From: a virus
Virus record (IMG/VR): IMGVR_UViG_3300034101_005931
Span: 1 to 64,000 of that record
Direction: 5' to 3' (one strand)
DNA: 64,000 bases
Positions 1 through 10,143 of the stretch are shown here, in pieces (position 1 is the first letter of the stretch; each line of letters starts with the position of its first letter). A program made the translations under genes and the position numbers. A model generated the notes under the pieces. It had not been told where the DNA came from. It saw only the letters and a list, made by a program, of their open reading frames with translations, and did no database searches.

Positions 1-396
1 ACCAGCACTGAAATTATTTGTAGTTGTATAATTTGACTCCCACCTAGAACTTAAAGAAGACAATGTACTAACTGTTGTTTGGTATCTACTACTGTTACTA
101 TTAACAAAACTATATACACTTGACCACGATGCACTATTAGCTGTCATTGTTGTATATGTGCTTGTCCAAAGAGGCGCCGCTGTGCTATTTGTTAGAATAA
201 ACCCTGGACCCCAGACGCCCCCTGATTTAGGGCCGTAAATAGCATAGATTGAAGTATCAATATAAAAATCACCATTAACACCTAATGAAGCAGATGGCGT
301 ACCAACACCATTGCGCACTGTATTCCCTGGCTCTCCCTTGCAGAGAGCTGTAATTGCTGGTACGTTTAAAGATAATGTTGCTGCAATATTAGGCAT
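1..396 (-). CDS. Tail fibre-like virion protein, 5' part (runs off the window edge)
   Basis: ATG at 396, manual translation MPNIAATLSLNVPAITALCKGEPGNTVRNGVGTPSASLGVNGDFYIDTSIYAIYGPKSGGVW; S/T/W-rich like the other fibres; TAAATA just upstream; absent from the ORF track. Confidence 0.7.
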   Translation of the reverse strand, partial: MPNIAATLSLNVPAITALCKGEPGNTVRNGVGTPSASLGVNGDFYIDTSIYAIYGPKSGGVWGPGFILTNSTAAPLWTSTYTTMTANSASWSSVYSFVNSNSSRYQTTVSTLSSLSSRWESNYTTTNNFSAG

Positions 397-434
397 ATTA
401 GTATTTAATTATATTTTAAAGTTTTCTACCATTT

Positions 435-1364
435 TTAAAAGCTAGAAGTACCATAATTAATCGTTATATAATCATCTCCGCTCTGTAAAGGAGCTGTTCC
501 ATCAGGTGTTATTAAAATAAGAGGTGGTAGATAATTATAAGGAGGTGCATTTTCTATGCTGATAGAATCGTAAAGTGATAGTGTTGCTGGGTTTGGCACC
601 TGACCAAGATAGGTCGCTCCATAATAAGTCCACAACGTAGTAGATGGTATACCGGAGAGTGATGTAAATATACCGTTAACATTAAAGTTTTTAATAGAAA
701 AACATGTATCTATTAAACCGGTAGCGAAAGATAAACAACAACAAACACTCACTGGCCAATCTTCTGGTAATGAAGTATTAACATAGCTGGTATAACTTGT
801 ATCTTCAGGGTGCTGACAATCTATAATAAGCGTTTTACAAAAATCTGTTAGTCTAATTCTCATTTTATAGAATTTGACTTCATCATATGTTTGTACTTGT
901 TGATATAGAGAAAGTGGTTTACTATATGCCGATAAAGATAAATCATTCGACGTATAATATTTTGAATACAATCTATTTTGTGAGCCGCGAACAGAAATAC
1001 TATTAGGTGTGCCTATAGTTGAACCATCAGGACCAAAAGCTGATGTACCATAATTACCTGTTATATCAAACCCAACACCTAACTGACCACCATTAACACC
1101 GAAAAAGGTATCTTGTTGTGAATTATTAACACTTGCTGATATACCTATTGTCGAAGAATAACACAGACCAGGTCCCGGTCCACCACCTGATAAACATTTA
1201 GCAAAAGTATCATAGAAAAACACACAAAACCCCTCACTGCCCGATACTTCTGATCCGTAGCATGCATATTCAAACGATATAACTATGTCCTTGGTAGTAT
1301 CAAGGAAAGGTGATAAGTATATAGTGCCCGCTACTGCATTTGGCGGCAAAGCGTATAATTCCAT
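435..1364 (-). CDS. L-type lectin/concanavalin-like domain protein, probably virion-associated
   Basis: ISFEY...GSEGFCVFF and GGQLGVGFDITGNY segments resemble the legume-lectin beta sandwich. Confidence 0.6.
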   Translation of the reverse strand: MELYALPPNAVAGTIYLSPFLDTTKDIVISFEYACYGSEVSGSEGFCVFFYDTFAKCLSGGGPGPGLCYSSTIGISASVNNSQQDTFFGVNGGQLGVGFDITGNYGTSAFGPDGSTIGTPNSISVRGSQNRLYSKYYTSNDLSLSAYSKPLSLYQQVQTYDEVKFYKMRIRLTDFCKTLIIDCQHPEDTSYTSYVNTSLPEDWPVSVCCCLSFATGLIDTCFSIKNFNVNGIFTSLSGIPSTTLWTYYGATYLGQVPNPATLSLYDSISIENAPPYNYLPPLILITPDGTAPLQSGDDYITINYGTSSF

Positions 1365-1403
1365 AGTAGTTTCTACTATTACTTATACATTTTTTACTGT
1401 TTC

Positions 1404-1997
1404 TCAATTATTAGTAAAAGGTTTGAGAAAAAGATCCCATTCTTTAATCCTATGTTTATTCCGAATATAGTATGTAACCGGCATTTCTTTTGGTGGTTTA
1501 GGTGTTTTTAATAGTTTTAACCCTGCCTGCTCAGGTGTACGACCAGCTTTTTTTGAATTTACATCTTTATGAGCTAAAACACAGTTCGCCCATGTAGTTT
1601 CACCGCCTTGCTGTTTAGGAATTACATGATCTATATTACCCTCACCTGGTTGCAGTTTTTTACCAGTATATTGACATACTCCACCATCACGTAACCAGAT
1701 ATTTTTATTAGAGAACCTTGGTCTTTTTTTAGGTACCCTATCAAAATTACATAATACTATTACTTTAGGTATTTTAATATTACCTCTTACTGTTTTAATA
1801 TAGTGATCATTGTCATTTACTGGCAATTTAATCCAGTCAGCCCACTTAAGCGGAACCATATGATCTTCACCTCTAATATCTAATCCTGTTGCGGTATCTG
1901 AATACATCATTGATAATGCATCAGCAGGTGTTTTAATATGAATAGCCTGCCAACCGCGATTTAAAACTAAAACTGTATCTTTTGTAAGATGCGACAT
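1404..1997 (-). CDS. HNH endonuclease (McrA-like)
   Basis: VLVLN N-terminus; RDGGVCQYTG...NIDHVIPKQQGG..TWANCVLAHKDVNSKK. Confidence 0.9.
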   Translation of the reverse strand: MSHLTKDTVLVLNRGWQAIHIKTPADALSMMYSDTATGLDIRGEDHMVPLKWADWIKLPVNDNDHYIKTVRGNIKIPKVIVLCNFDRVPKKRPRFSNKNIWLRDGGVCQYTGKKLQPGEGNIDHVIPKQQGGETTWANCVLAHKDVNSKKAGRTPEQAGLKLLKTPKPPKEMPVTYYIRNKHRIKEWDLFLKPFTNN

Positions 1998-2017
1998 ACA
2001 AAAATATTTACTATAAA

Positions 2018-2551
2018 TTACGGTTGCTTCTCTTCATCTTCATCAGGATCAAAACCAAAACGCTTAATTGCTTCTTCTTTACACAGAGTCACACACCAGC
2101 CTCTTGAATATAGTTTACCAGGCTTTCCTGTGACCTCACAAGTCTTAGAAGAAAGATATTCACAAAAATCTATAGCACTTTCAATTGTATCGGAATACCT
2201 GCTAAGGTTTTTATAGAGCTCATCCGTGTCTTTAAGCTCGAATCCAAGTTCTGCATAATTCAGCTCACCAAAATGCCAATACACCCGGAGAGTACCGTAC
2301 TTCTCTTTGATTTGGTCAAAAACAACATCCGGACAATAGAAGTTAACATACTCACCATCATTTTTCTTTATGAAATAAGAGCGATTTTTCTGAAGGTTTG
2401 TAATGAACCCGCAAAGGTTATCGAGAATATCAAACCACCCGTCACCGCACTCACACCCAAAACAGATAAGAGTCTCTTTTGGTGACATGTTTATGTTTTT
2501 AAAAAGCTTAGGATACTTTTCGATTAGTTTATGTTCTAGTTCTTGTTTCAT
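2018..2551 (-). CDS. Conserved phage hypothetical protein
   Basis: ECGDGWFDIL, QIKEKYGTLRVY and TCEVTGKPG motifs typical of a widespread phage family. Confidence 0.65.
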   Translation of the reverse strand: MKQELEHKLIEKYPKLFKNINMSPKETLICFGCECGDGWFDILDNLCGFITNLQKNRSYFIKKNDGEYVNFYCPDVVFDQIKEKYGTLRVYWHFGELNYAELGFELKDTDELYKNLSRYSDTIESAIDFCEYLSSKTCEVTGKPGKLYSRGWCVTLCKEEAIKRFGFDPDEDEEKQP

Positions 2552-2781
2552 TTTTCTTTCTCTTTCTCTTTCAATTGTTCTTCATATCCCTTTATCCAGT
2601 CGTGCACTTGATCGAAAGACCAATCAATTGTTTTTGGAACAGAATCATTAAACTCTTTGTATAATTCTTTAAAATCACCCCATAATCTTGCATCTATATT
2701 ACAGCAAGGAGCACCTCCTCCAAAGAGCACTAGTGACTCATCTACTAATTCGTAGTATTCTTTATTTGTCATTCCAGCCAT
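2548..2781 (-). CDS. Hypothetical protein
   Basis: ORF overlapping the next gene by 4 bp in a co-directional run. Confidence 0.6.
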   Translation of the reverse strand: MAGMTNKEYYELVDESLVLFGGGAPCCNIDARLWGDFKELYKEFNDSVPKTIDWSFDQVHDWIKGYEEQLKEKEKEK

Positions 2782-2782
2782 A

Positions 2783-2992
2783 TTAGTGACGCGAGATTAG
2801 AAGTGCAAGCTTAGATTTATTACCCGTACCTTCTTCATATTTACCATAGTACCATTTAGGATTAGAATTTGGCCTTATAAATTTTTGATGCAAATTAGCA
2901 ACTGGATCAAAACCGTCTTCGTATCCATTAACAACGATTTCAATATCTGGATCAAGCCGTAAAAGGTGTTCTGTAAGCTCCTTAACTGTCAT
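2783..2992 (-). CDS. Hypothetical phage protein
   Basis: MTVKELxxxL..DPD.EIVV.GYEDG pattern common in phages. Confidence 0.65.
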   Translation of the reverse strand: MTVKELTEHLLRLDPDIEIVVNGYEDGFDPVANLHQKFIRPNSNPKWYYGKYEEGTGNKSKLALLISRH

Positions 2993-3839
2993 ATCTTAAT
3001 GTTTCGTTATTTGTTAAACCTGTAACCCGGGAAGAAAGCTTATACTTCTTTGGATTCTCTTGAGGTATAGGCTTTGTAGTCATCCTGCCATCTATAATTA
3101 TACCATAATCTTTCTCTGTATCAAGGTTCCAACTTTCATAGGGTTGATTCATACCCAGACATTCAGGCTCACGACATCTTGTGTGCCCAACGATCTGTTT
3201 ACCAATAGCTTCTGAAGCCTGAAACTCGTTGTTCCAGTCAAGCCATAACATACCACCTGTATTGCAGTCACCGCCTCTGCAGTAACCAGCTCCTGAAAGG
3301 AGATAGTTGTGAGGGCGAGTAAAGTCCCTAAAGTTCTTCCAAACAACAGGGATAATCTTTTCAATAAGATCTTCTGGAGTCATTCCGTAAGGTATATGCT
3401 TATCAGATACCCCAGCATGAGACAAAGTAAACCCTTGTGTACGATGAACAATTTTAAAATGTTCAGTAAAGAACTCGTCTTTAAGTCCGCGGTCAAAGAA
3501 CTGATGACGGAACTTTTTAGCCTTTGAAGCTGTAAAGCCTGAACAATAATATTTTACCGTTTTGGAAATTCTATTAGAAGAGTAGTCCTTATTTTCGTGA
3601 ATATATGAAATGTCGTGGTTGCCTATTAAAAATACGAACTTATCCTTATTAGGGTGATCTAAAACAAGATGCCGCAGATACTCACATGTCTCTTCAAAAC
3701 CGGCTACTTTAGGTGGTTCATAAAACGAATCGAAATAATCTCCGAGAAAGACAACTTCATCGTAATCTGTCTCAGTATTAAGAATATGTCTGACTGATTT
3801 AACACGCTGATGAATATCAGGTATAACTATAGTTTTCAT
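2982..3839 (-). CDS. Calcineurin-like metallophosphoesterase
   Basis: DIH, GDYFD, GNHD, SHAG and VGHT motifs. Confidence 0.9.
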   Translation of the reverse strand: MKTIVIPDIHQRVKSVRHILNTETDYDEVVFLGDYFDSFYEPPKVAGFEETCEYLRHLVLDHPNKDKFVFLIGNHDISYIHENKDYSSNRISKTVKYYCSGFTASKAKKFRHQFFDRGLKDEFFTEHFKIVHRTQGFTLSHAGVSDKHIPYGMTPEDLIEKIIPVVWKNFRDFTRPHNYLLSGAGYCRGGDCNTGGMLWLDWNNEFQASEAIGKQIVGHTRCREPECLGMNQPYESWNLDTEKDYGIIIDGRMTTKPIPQENPKKYKLSSRVTGLTNNETLRYDS

Positions 3840-4075
3840 TTTAACTCTTTTAAGATCTTATCTAATTCTTCTGATGTAACTTTTTTGTAGACAGTATTAT
3901 CTTTTTTTGGACCAGAAAACTCAAGCAAATATTTGAACCAATAGATAGAAAACTTCCAGTATTTGCCGCCATTAAAAAAAGAAAAGCGTGGATATGCTTT
4001 TAAATGAAATAAAGGCACCCAGTCAAACCAAATGTTAATTGGTCCAATTTTCATGTCCAGAGATGCCTCCGCCAC
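3836..4075 (-). CDS. Hypothetical protein (true start probably 4054)
   Basis: Co-directional ORF coupled to neighbours. Confidence 0.55.
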   Translation of the reverse strand: MAEASLDMKIGPINIWFDWVPLFHLKAYPRFSFFNGGKYWKFSIYWFKYLLEFSGPKKDNTVYKKVTSEELDKILKELK

Positions 4076-4563
4076 TTAACAAGCTCGATTAAAACCTTAG
4101 TGTCTTTATCTTCCATTTCCTGTTCCAGCTTTTCAACCTTCTTGTAGTTAGGATAGGCATTGCCAATTTGCTTCTCTAGTACTTTGCGGTATGAGGTAAT
4201 ATAGATATAAGCCCACTCAAGCCATGTAGTAAATTTTAAAGCATCCCCACCTGTACCTTCCCAGTCTACGATCCCTGCCTTATATTCATCTTCGTAAAAA
4301 GATTTGATAATCTCAAAATTAACTTCTTGAAGAACATGATCAAGGTCCATCCAATGACGAGGTACTGCCTTGCGGATTCGAGAATGCTTAGGTGCCCAGA
4401 TGGTCTTAACCTTCATCCAATAAAATTCTCTAATCTGATAAGGAATGCGTCTAATAATTTCGTCCTGAATAAACCAACCAACACGGTCTTGCCAAGTAGA
4501 TTTATAACCCAACCAATCTGGAGGTCTAACAGAGTTAATGCTGCTTTTAAGTTTTTTAATCAT
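4051..4563 (-). CDS. Hypothetical phage protein
   Basis: 170 aa ORF ending ...WRRHLWT; first gene of a minus-strand run. Confidence 0.65.
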   Translation of the reverse strand: MIKKLKSSINSVRPPDWLGYKSTWQDRVGWFIQDEIIRRIPYQIREFYWMKVKTIWAPKHSRIRKAVPRHWMDLDHVLQEVNFEIIKSFYEDEYKAGIVDWEGTGGDALKFTTWLEWAYIYITSYRKVLEKQIGNAYPNYKKVEKLEQEMEDKDTKVLIELVKWRRHLWT

Positions 4564-4583
4564 TTGTCTAATATCAATAATAG

Positions 4584-5015
4584 TTGAATTTTAGGTATTA
4601 TCAAGCTATAAATTATTTTATGCAAGAAAGCCAATTTGAAGGAGCGGGATTTATTTTTTTGACAACATCTAATAAGGTTTTATTGCTCCAAAAACCAAAT
4701 AAAAATTGGACGTTTCCCGGGGGTCATGCTGAATTATATGAAGAACCTAAAGAGACAGCAATGAGAGAGTGTATGGAAGAAATAGGTGTAATACCCAAAG
4801 GAGAAATTTTAGGTTATTTTAAATATATAAAACCTGATACAAAGGGTAAATGTTTTTCTTTTTTAATGAAAATAAAAAAAGAATTTATTCCAATTCTATC
4901 CTCTGAACATATTGATTATCGATGGATTCAAATAGCAGAGCTTAAAAAAATAAAGCTTTCGAAGTCTGTTCGACAGGCTATAGCAGAATTATTCAAGTAC
5001 CTCAAAGGACGATAA
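4584..5015 (+). CDS. NUDIX hydrolase (true start probably 4620)
   Basis: Nudix box GGHAELYEEPKETAMRECMEEIG. Confidence 0.9.
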   Translation: MNFRYYQAINYFMQESQFEGAGFIFLTTSNKVLLLQKPNKNWTFPGGHAELYEEPKETAMRECMEEIGVIPKGEILGYFKYIKPDTKGKCFSFLMKIKKEFIPILSSEHIDYRWIQIAELKKIKLSKSVRQAIAELFKYLKGR

Positions 5016-5222
5016 ATCGCGCTCCGGATACTTTAACCCATTGTCCACAATATACTGATCCAATTCTTCTTTGGTATCTGCAACTGCTAAAGTTTCTACA
5101 ACTGTCCAAAGACCTCCACATTGTTGAGGCTCCATAAGAATCTCTTTAGAACTCTCTTGATAAAGTAGAATCCATTTATCTTGATCGACTTCAACCGCTG
5201 CTTTTGAATATACATTAATCAT
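4989..5222 (-). CDS. Small protein downstream of fibre genes (possible fibre chaperone)
   Basis: Acidic 77 aa ORF immediately after the LRR gene. Confidence 0.5.
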   Translation of the reverse strand: MINVYSKAAVEVDQDKWILLYQESSKEILMEPQQCGGLWTVVETLAVADTKEELDQYIVDNGLKYPERDLSSFEVLE

Positions 5223-5226
5223 AATA

Positions 5227-6474
5227 TTATGGTAAGTTAACAGTCACATCCCATGGAAATCCACTTAGCCCTGATTGTACAGTTGCAAGTCTTCCAAATC
5301 TAGCTAAATTCTGATAAAATCTAAATCCATCATTAGCATTAGTAGTTCTTCTCATAGTAGCTGTTCCTGTGCCTGTAACAAGAGTTGGTGAATCTGTTGC
5401 TACAGTATATCTAAACTGATTTGCATTAATAGAAGATATAGCAAATGTTCCTGTAAATACACTTTGAAGACCTGTGATTGTCACTAGACTACCATTTGGG
5501 TGATTGTGGTTTGTTACATTAGCTGTAACAGTTGTACCGAGAGTAGTAAAATTCGAACCGGTTAATGTAGTAGTAAACCCACCTGTATAGCTTGGAGCAA
5601 AATTTCCTGTACCACCTAAAATAAGGATTCTTGGGTCTGCAGTTCTTGTTGTTGCATCAAATGTTGATAGAATAGTGTTTACTGTAGTTCGGGTTAGTTG
5701 ATTATTTTGCGCTTGAAATTCTCCAAGAGTATTAGAAACAGAACCACCAGCAAAGCCTGATAGTTTAGATGTTGTTCCCCGTTGATTATAGCAAAAAAAT
5801 TTTTCTAATTCGGTATTTGCACTAAGGCTTGGTATAGAGCCTGTTAAAAGATTATTATGAAACCAGCACTCCGTGAGATCTACATTATTTGTTAGATTTG
5901 GTATAGAGCCTGTTAAATTACATGAAGCTAATAAAAACCTTTGTAACTTTGTACAAGAATTAATATTAGGAATAGAACCTGTTAAAGGGTTTGAATAACA
6001 AGAAAATACCAACATAGCAACTTGATTGCTTAAAGATGGTGGAATTGGTCCTGTAAGATTATTATCATGAACCAAAAAGTTAGTCCAACCATTAGTATTG
6101 GTTAAATCAGGAATTCTCCCAGAAAGATTATTATTAAGGCATTGGAAGTTTTTTAATTGAGAATTATAATTTTGAATAGTTCCTGAATATAAATTATTAC
6201 TATACACAGCAGTACCTAAATTAGGAGTTCCTGCAAAAGATGGTAAATTTCCTGTAATTTTATTAGTACCAAGATTTATAAAAGTTAAATTTGCATTATT
6301 CTCATAACCACTGATAGCTGTAATGTGGTTATTAATACAACGAAATCCCGTTAAATTAGGAAAAGCAGATAAATCAATAGTTCCACTCAGTCTTGGAGAA
6401 CTTGATCCACAGTTAATTTCTGTAACTGTATTGTTTCCAAATTGTGGAGTTATGGATATGGAGGTTGTTGCCAT
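5227..6474 (-). CDS. Leucine-rich repeat protein, probable receptor-binding/virion protein
   Basis: About 8 repeats of NxLTGxIPxL at ~23 aa period; sits in the fibre gene cluster. Confidence 0.8.
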   Translation of the reverse strand: MATTSISITPQFGNNTVTEINCGSSSPRLSGTIDLSAFPNLTGFRCINNHITAISGYENNANLTFINLGTNKITGNLPSFAGTPNLGTAVYSNNLYSGTIQNYNSQLKNFQCLNNNLSGRIPDLTNTNGWTNFLVHDNNLTGPIPPSLSNQVAMLVFSCYSNPLTGSIPNINSCTKLQRFLLASCNLTGSIPNLTNNVDLTECWFHNNLLTGSIPSLSANTELEKFFCYNQRGTTSKLSGFAGGSVSNTLGEFQAQNNQLTRTTVNTILSTFDATTRTADPRILILGGTGNFAPSYTGGFTTTLTGSNFTTLGTTVTANVTNHNHPNGSLVTITGLQSVFTGTFAISSINANQFRYTVATDSPTLVTGTGTATMRRTTNANDGFRFYQNLARFGRLATVQSGLSGFPWDVTVNLP

Positions 6475-6530
6475 CTCAATTATTTATAAACAATTGGTTA
6501 ATTTACAAGATTGTTTAACTTTATAATGTA

Positions 6531-7103
6531 TTAATTCAATGTTACAAAAACATTTGTAATTCCTGGGGAATGAGCAGCCGCCCCTTTCCAAAAATTAATG
6601 CGTATAGTGTTTCCAGCAGGAACATTTGAAGCTGATAGAGTAACTGTTTGAGGGGTAGTTATACTTGTATTTGCCAAAGTAGTTGAGGTGGTAGCATTTA
6701 CTATGTTACATCCAAGACTCCAATTATTAGCATTAAAAGGATTAGACGCAAAAAATGTCAAAGTAATATTAGAAGTTACTGGCATTACGAAGTCTTGAAA
6801 AAAAGGTAACACCCCTCCTGTTTCCGCTGGAGATCTTGATAGAACATTAAGATTTGCATAATAAACACCAACAGTAGTAGCAGACTGTAACACCACAAAA
6901 TCATTTGTAGATACATTTCTAGCTGTTCCCCATCCAAAAGGAACTGCTCTTCCCCACCAATTAGTAACATTACTAGTCATTCCAGAAACATTAGAAAAAT
7001 CTCCATTGACAACTAGATTAGACCAAAGTTTAGAGCCATTTAACCAAACTTCTTTGGCATTCTTATTACTATAAGATATAGATTTAGAAGTTTGAAGCTG
7101 CAT
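6531..7103 (-). CDS. Putative virion carbohydrate-binding domain protein
   Basis: KEVWLNGSKLWS linker followed by NLVVNGDFS (CBM-like start). Confidence 0.55.
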   Translation of the reverse strand: MQLQTSKSISYSNKNAKEVWLNGSKLWSNLVVNGDFSNVSGMTSNVTNWWGRAVPFGWGTARNVSTNDFVVLQSATTVGVYYANLNVLSRSPAETGGVLPFFQDFVMPVTSNITLTFFASNPFNANNWSLGCNIVNATTSTTLANTSITTPQTVTLSASNVPAGNTIRINFWKGAAAHSPGITNVFVTLN

Positions 7104-7104
7104 A

Positions 7105-9414
7105 TTATATTACAATATATAATACTCCTGTTTCTTGAACAACAGGTAAAGCAGAAACAGCTAAGATACTAGTAACTGCACTGGTTCCGGGAACTGTTGT
7201 GGTGTTAGTGGTTACTGCTCTTCTGCCAGCACTAAATATTGTACTTGAAGCACTAACTGTTCCATTAACTGTTAAGTTACCTGTAAGAGTGCCCCCAGCA
7301 AGAGGTAATAAAGTTGCTGTAGCAGAAGCAACATTAGTCTTATAAGAATCAAAGTCTGTATTAGTGGTAAAAGAACTAGAAGCACTTTGATAAGCTGTCG
7401 TAACATTATAAGCTTGATTCCATTGGGTTGAATCTCCGTGTTGAGAGGTGCTAACCGTTCCAACAACAGTCAAAGTGCTATTAGGATTTATTGTACCGAT
7501 TCCAACCAATCCATCAGAATTTATAACCAGTCTTTCTGTCGGTATAGTATTCCCTGAAGTTGTTGTCGAAAAAGACAATCTACCTGGGACAGAACTTAAT
7601 GCAACAGACGGAGTCTTATCAACAAAAACATTTATATCTGCTGCTGTATATGTATTTCTTGTAAAACTAGTAGATGCTGAAGAAAGATACCCAGTAAATG
7701 TTATTCCGCCCAATCTATCATTATTTTGAATAGTTAATGGGTCTGTCAAATTTCCTCTACTTTTTTGAAAGCGAATATTATTACTAATAGCTCCGCTGTT
7801 GCTAGATCTATTCATTAGTATATTCCCGTTATGTTCTGCTTCAGAAGATCCAAACTGTGAATATAATTGAATACCCACAAAAGGATTAATGTCTGAAAAT
7901 CCTTCCGGTAGAGCGCCCCCAATAACCTGACCACTTACTAACAATTTATTCTTAAAGGTCGAAAAAGCATTAACTTCTAAAGAAGATATTAAAACGTTAT
8001 TAGTAGAAAGGTAATTTGTAACTGTGGGTAAAATTTCAGCAGACTCTTCCCAAAATGCTGAATTACTCTGAACGGTGGTATAAGCTTGATTCCACTGAGT
8101 AGAATTGCCTACGTTATCATAAATTGTATTAGATGCACTTATTTCACCATTTACTGTAAAGTCTTTATTTGGGGTACTTGTTTTTACACCAACATTTGGA
8201 AAAGATCCAGTGTTTCCCCCAACATGCAATACTTCTACATCAGAGTCAATATCATAGAATGAAGCAATATCTCCATCTCCGTTATTACCTACCCATATGG
8301 CTGGTCCAGAACCAATATGAACAACACTCAAAGCACTTGTAGTAGAAAACACTGTATTAGCAAATGTTGTAGTGCCTGTAGCTGATATATTACCCCAAAC
8401 TGTTAAGTTGTTATTAATTCTTGTTTCTCCGGATATTATCCCGCCTGTTAAAGGTAAGAAATTAGCATGGGTGTAATTTATTGCTGTATTTGATGCTAAA
8501 TTCCATTGGGTGGAGTTTCCTTCTTGAGCATATACCACACCTGTTGCAGAAATGTTACCCGAAACTGTTAATCTTTCATTTGGAAGAACATTTCCAAAGC
8601 TAAAATTACCCACAGAATCTATTGTTCCTCTTTCTGCACTAGCTGTAAAAAACTTTAAGCTACCGGTATTCATAACATCTAAAATTAAATTACCTGTACC
8701 TCTGTGCCGAATATAAGAGTTTGCGTTTGGACCTGTATCTTCTCTGAGAATTCTAGTTCCAAAATCAAGATGTACAGCATCCCCAATGAGATCAACATAA
8801 GAATTTCCATTACCTGTTCTTCCTGTTCCGATTTCAATAAATCTTGTTTCTGTACCAGTTTCTCTTAAATTAATATTCCCATCTACAGTTAATCTTTCAG
8901 TTACTCTGCTATCATTATTTGCTGTTCCGATTCCTACAAAACCGCTTGAGAGAATGTTAATTCTGGTTGTATTGTTTGTTTCTAATCTAAAATTAAAAGC
9001 ATCATTTGTACCTATTGTTGTAATGGCGCCTCTTGTATTTCCTCCTGCTAAAATTGTATTTGCAGAAGCTTGACTTGTTGCAGTAGAGGCAGCTTGCCAA
9101 AAACCTGATGCTTCTTGATATATTGTGGTAGGTAAAAGTGTTGCTGTAGCAGAAGCAACATTAGTTTTATAAGAATCAAAGTCTGTATTTGCTGTAAATG
9201 AAGATAAAGAAACGGTATTACCAGAAGTTATAGAAAGATTTTTAGAATTTTGATCAAATAAAAGAGTCTGATTGTCTGAATCTTGTACAAGATCGATTAT
9301 TTGTTTTACAGTTGCTTTTAATTCTTCAGACCCATCCTCTTTATACCCCACAATATAATCTCCTGTAGTAAGAGGTGTTGCTGTTGAAAATTGTGTAAAT
9401 TTTTTTGTAGCCAT
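7105..9414 (-). CDS. Tail fibre protein
   Basis: Repeated G(N/L/F)VGIGT..P...LTVxG shaft motifs and STQWN repeats. Confidence 0.8.
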   Translation of the reverse strand: MATKKFTQFSTATPLTTGDYIVGYKEDGSEELKATVKQIIDLVQDSDNQTLLFDQNSKNLSITSGNTVSLSSFTANTDFDSYKTNVASATATLLPTTIYQEASGFWQAASTATSQASANTILAGGNTRGAITTIGTNDAFNFRLETNNTTRINILSSGFVGIGTANNDSRVTERLTVDGNINLRETGTETRFIEIGTGRTGNGNSYVDLIGDAVHLDFGTRILREDTGPNANSYIRHRGTGNLILDVMNTGSLKFFTASAERGTIDSVGNFSFGNVLPNERLTVSGNISATGVVYAQEGNSTQWNLASNTAINYTHANFLPLTGGIISGETRINNNLTVWGNISATGTTTFANTVFSTTSALSVVHIGSGPAIWVGNNGDGDIASFYDIDSDVEVLHVGGNTGSFPNVGVKTSTPNKDFTVNGEISASNTIYDNVGNSTQWNQAYTTVQSNSAFWEESAEILPTVTNYLSTNNVLISSLEVNAFSTFKNKLLVSGQVIGGALPEGFSDINPFVGIQLYSQFGSSEAEHNGNILMNRSSNSGAISNNIRFQKSRGNLTDPLTIQNNDRLGGITFTGYLSSASTSFTRNTYTAADINVFVDKTPSVALSSVPGRLSFSTTTSGNTIPTERLVINSDGLVGIGTINPNSTLTVVGTVSTSQHGDSTQWNQAYNVTTAYQSASSSFTTNTDFDSYKTNVASATATLLPLAGGTLTGNLTVNGTVSASSTIFSAGRRAVTTNTTTVPGTSAVTSILAVSALPVVQETGVLYIVI
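7313..9189. repeat. 50-bp direct repeat pair (7313-7362 and 9140-9189) inside the tail fibre gene
   Basis: gttgctgtagcagaagcaacattagt(c/t)ttataagaatcaaagtctgtatt, 49/50 identical, 1827 bp apart (in frame). Confidence 0.9.
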
Positions 9415-9426
9415 CTATATTATTTA

Positions 9427-9657
9427 TTAAACACAGGGGTTTATATTATTCCAAAAAGTGCTTAGAGGAGCAGAATAGTCTGGACAATAAAAGGTATGAT
9501 TCACTGGTGTAATAGAGTTTAAAGAATCAGAAGTGCCGTCGCCCCAATCTACCGAAATATTTCCCGATGTGGTAGTTACACTAAACCCGGTTAATACAAC
9601 ACCAGTAGGAGAAGATCCAGCGTAGAGACCTATAAGAGCCTGTTTATTATGAAACAT
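9427..9657 (-). CDS. Small virion-associated protein with PKD-like motif
   Basis: ISVDWGDGTS...NHTF. Confidence 0.55.
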   Translation of the reverse strand: MFHNKQALIGLYAGSSPTGVVLTGFSVTTTSGNISVDWGDGTSDSLNSITPVNHTFYCPDYSAPLSTFWNNINPCV

Positions 9658-10139
9658 TATAACCTCCCTACAGCGAATAATTGATTGTTGTCTTTATAGA
9701 TAAAAGCTCCTCCGTATTGTGCTCCAATGGTAACACCAACGGAGTTAAGTTGCGCTGCAGACAATCTTAAATTATTTGTTCCTGTATTCATAACTGCTAC
9801 ATTAAATCCATTAGGTAATGAGGTAGGAAATATAGCGCATAGGGGTTGAGTTGTAGTATTAAAATGAAATATTTTATTGGTATCAGCATCTGCAAACGTT
9901 TTTGTAACAGATACATCGGTAATAGCTACAGGTGACCCTATAACTATTGCATTATTGTTATTGCCTATAATATAGGCTGTTTCTGTGCTCGAAAGAGCCA
10001 CTATTTGTCCTGGGTATGCGATAGGGTCTGTATCAGCATATGCTGTTAAAGAGGACAAGGATGAAAAAACAGCACTATTATCTATAGGCTGATTTGAAAG
10101 TCTTGCAAACGGTCTTGAGAGTGAGAATGTTAATGCCAT
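9657..10139 (-). CDS. Putative tail fibre-associated protein
   Basis: AYPGQIV and LPNGFNVAVMNTGT motifs; in fibre operon. Confidence 0.6.
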   Translation of the reverse strand: MALTFSLSRPFARLSNQPIDNSAVFSSLSSLTAYADTDPIAYPGQIVALSSTETAYIIGNNNNAIVIGSPVAITDVSVTKTFADADTNKIFHFNTTTQPLCAIFPTSLPNGFNVAVMNTGTNNLRLSAAQLNSVGVTIGAQYGGAFIYKDNNQLFAVGRL

Positions 10140-10143
10140 AATA

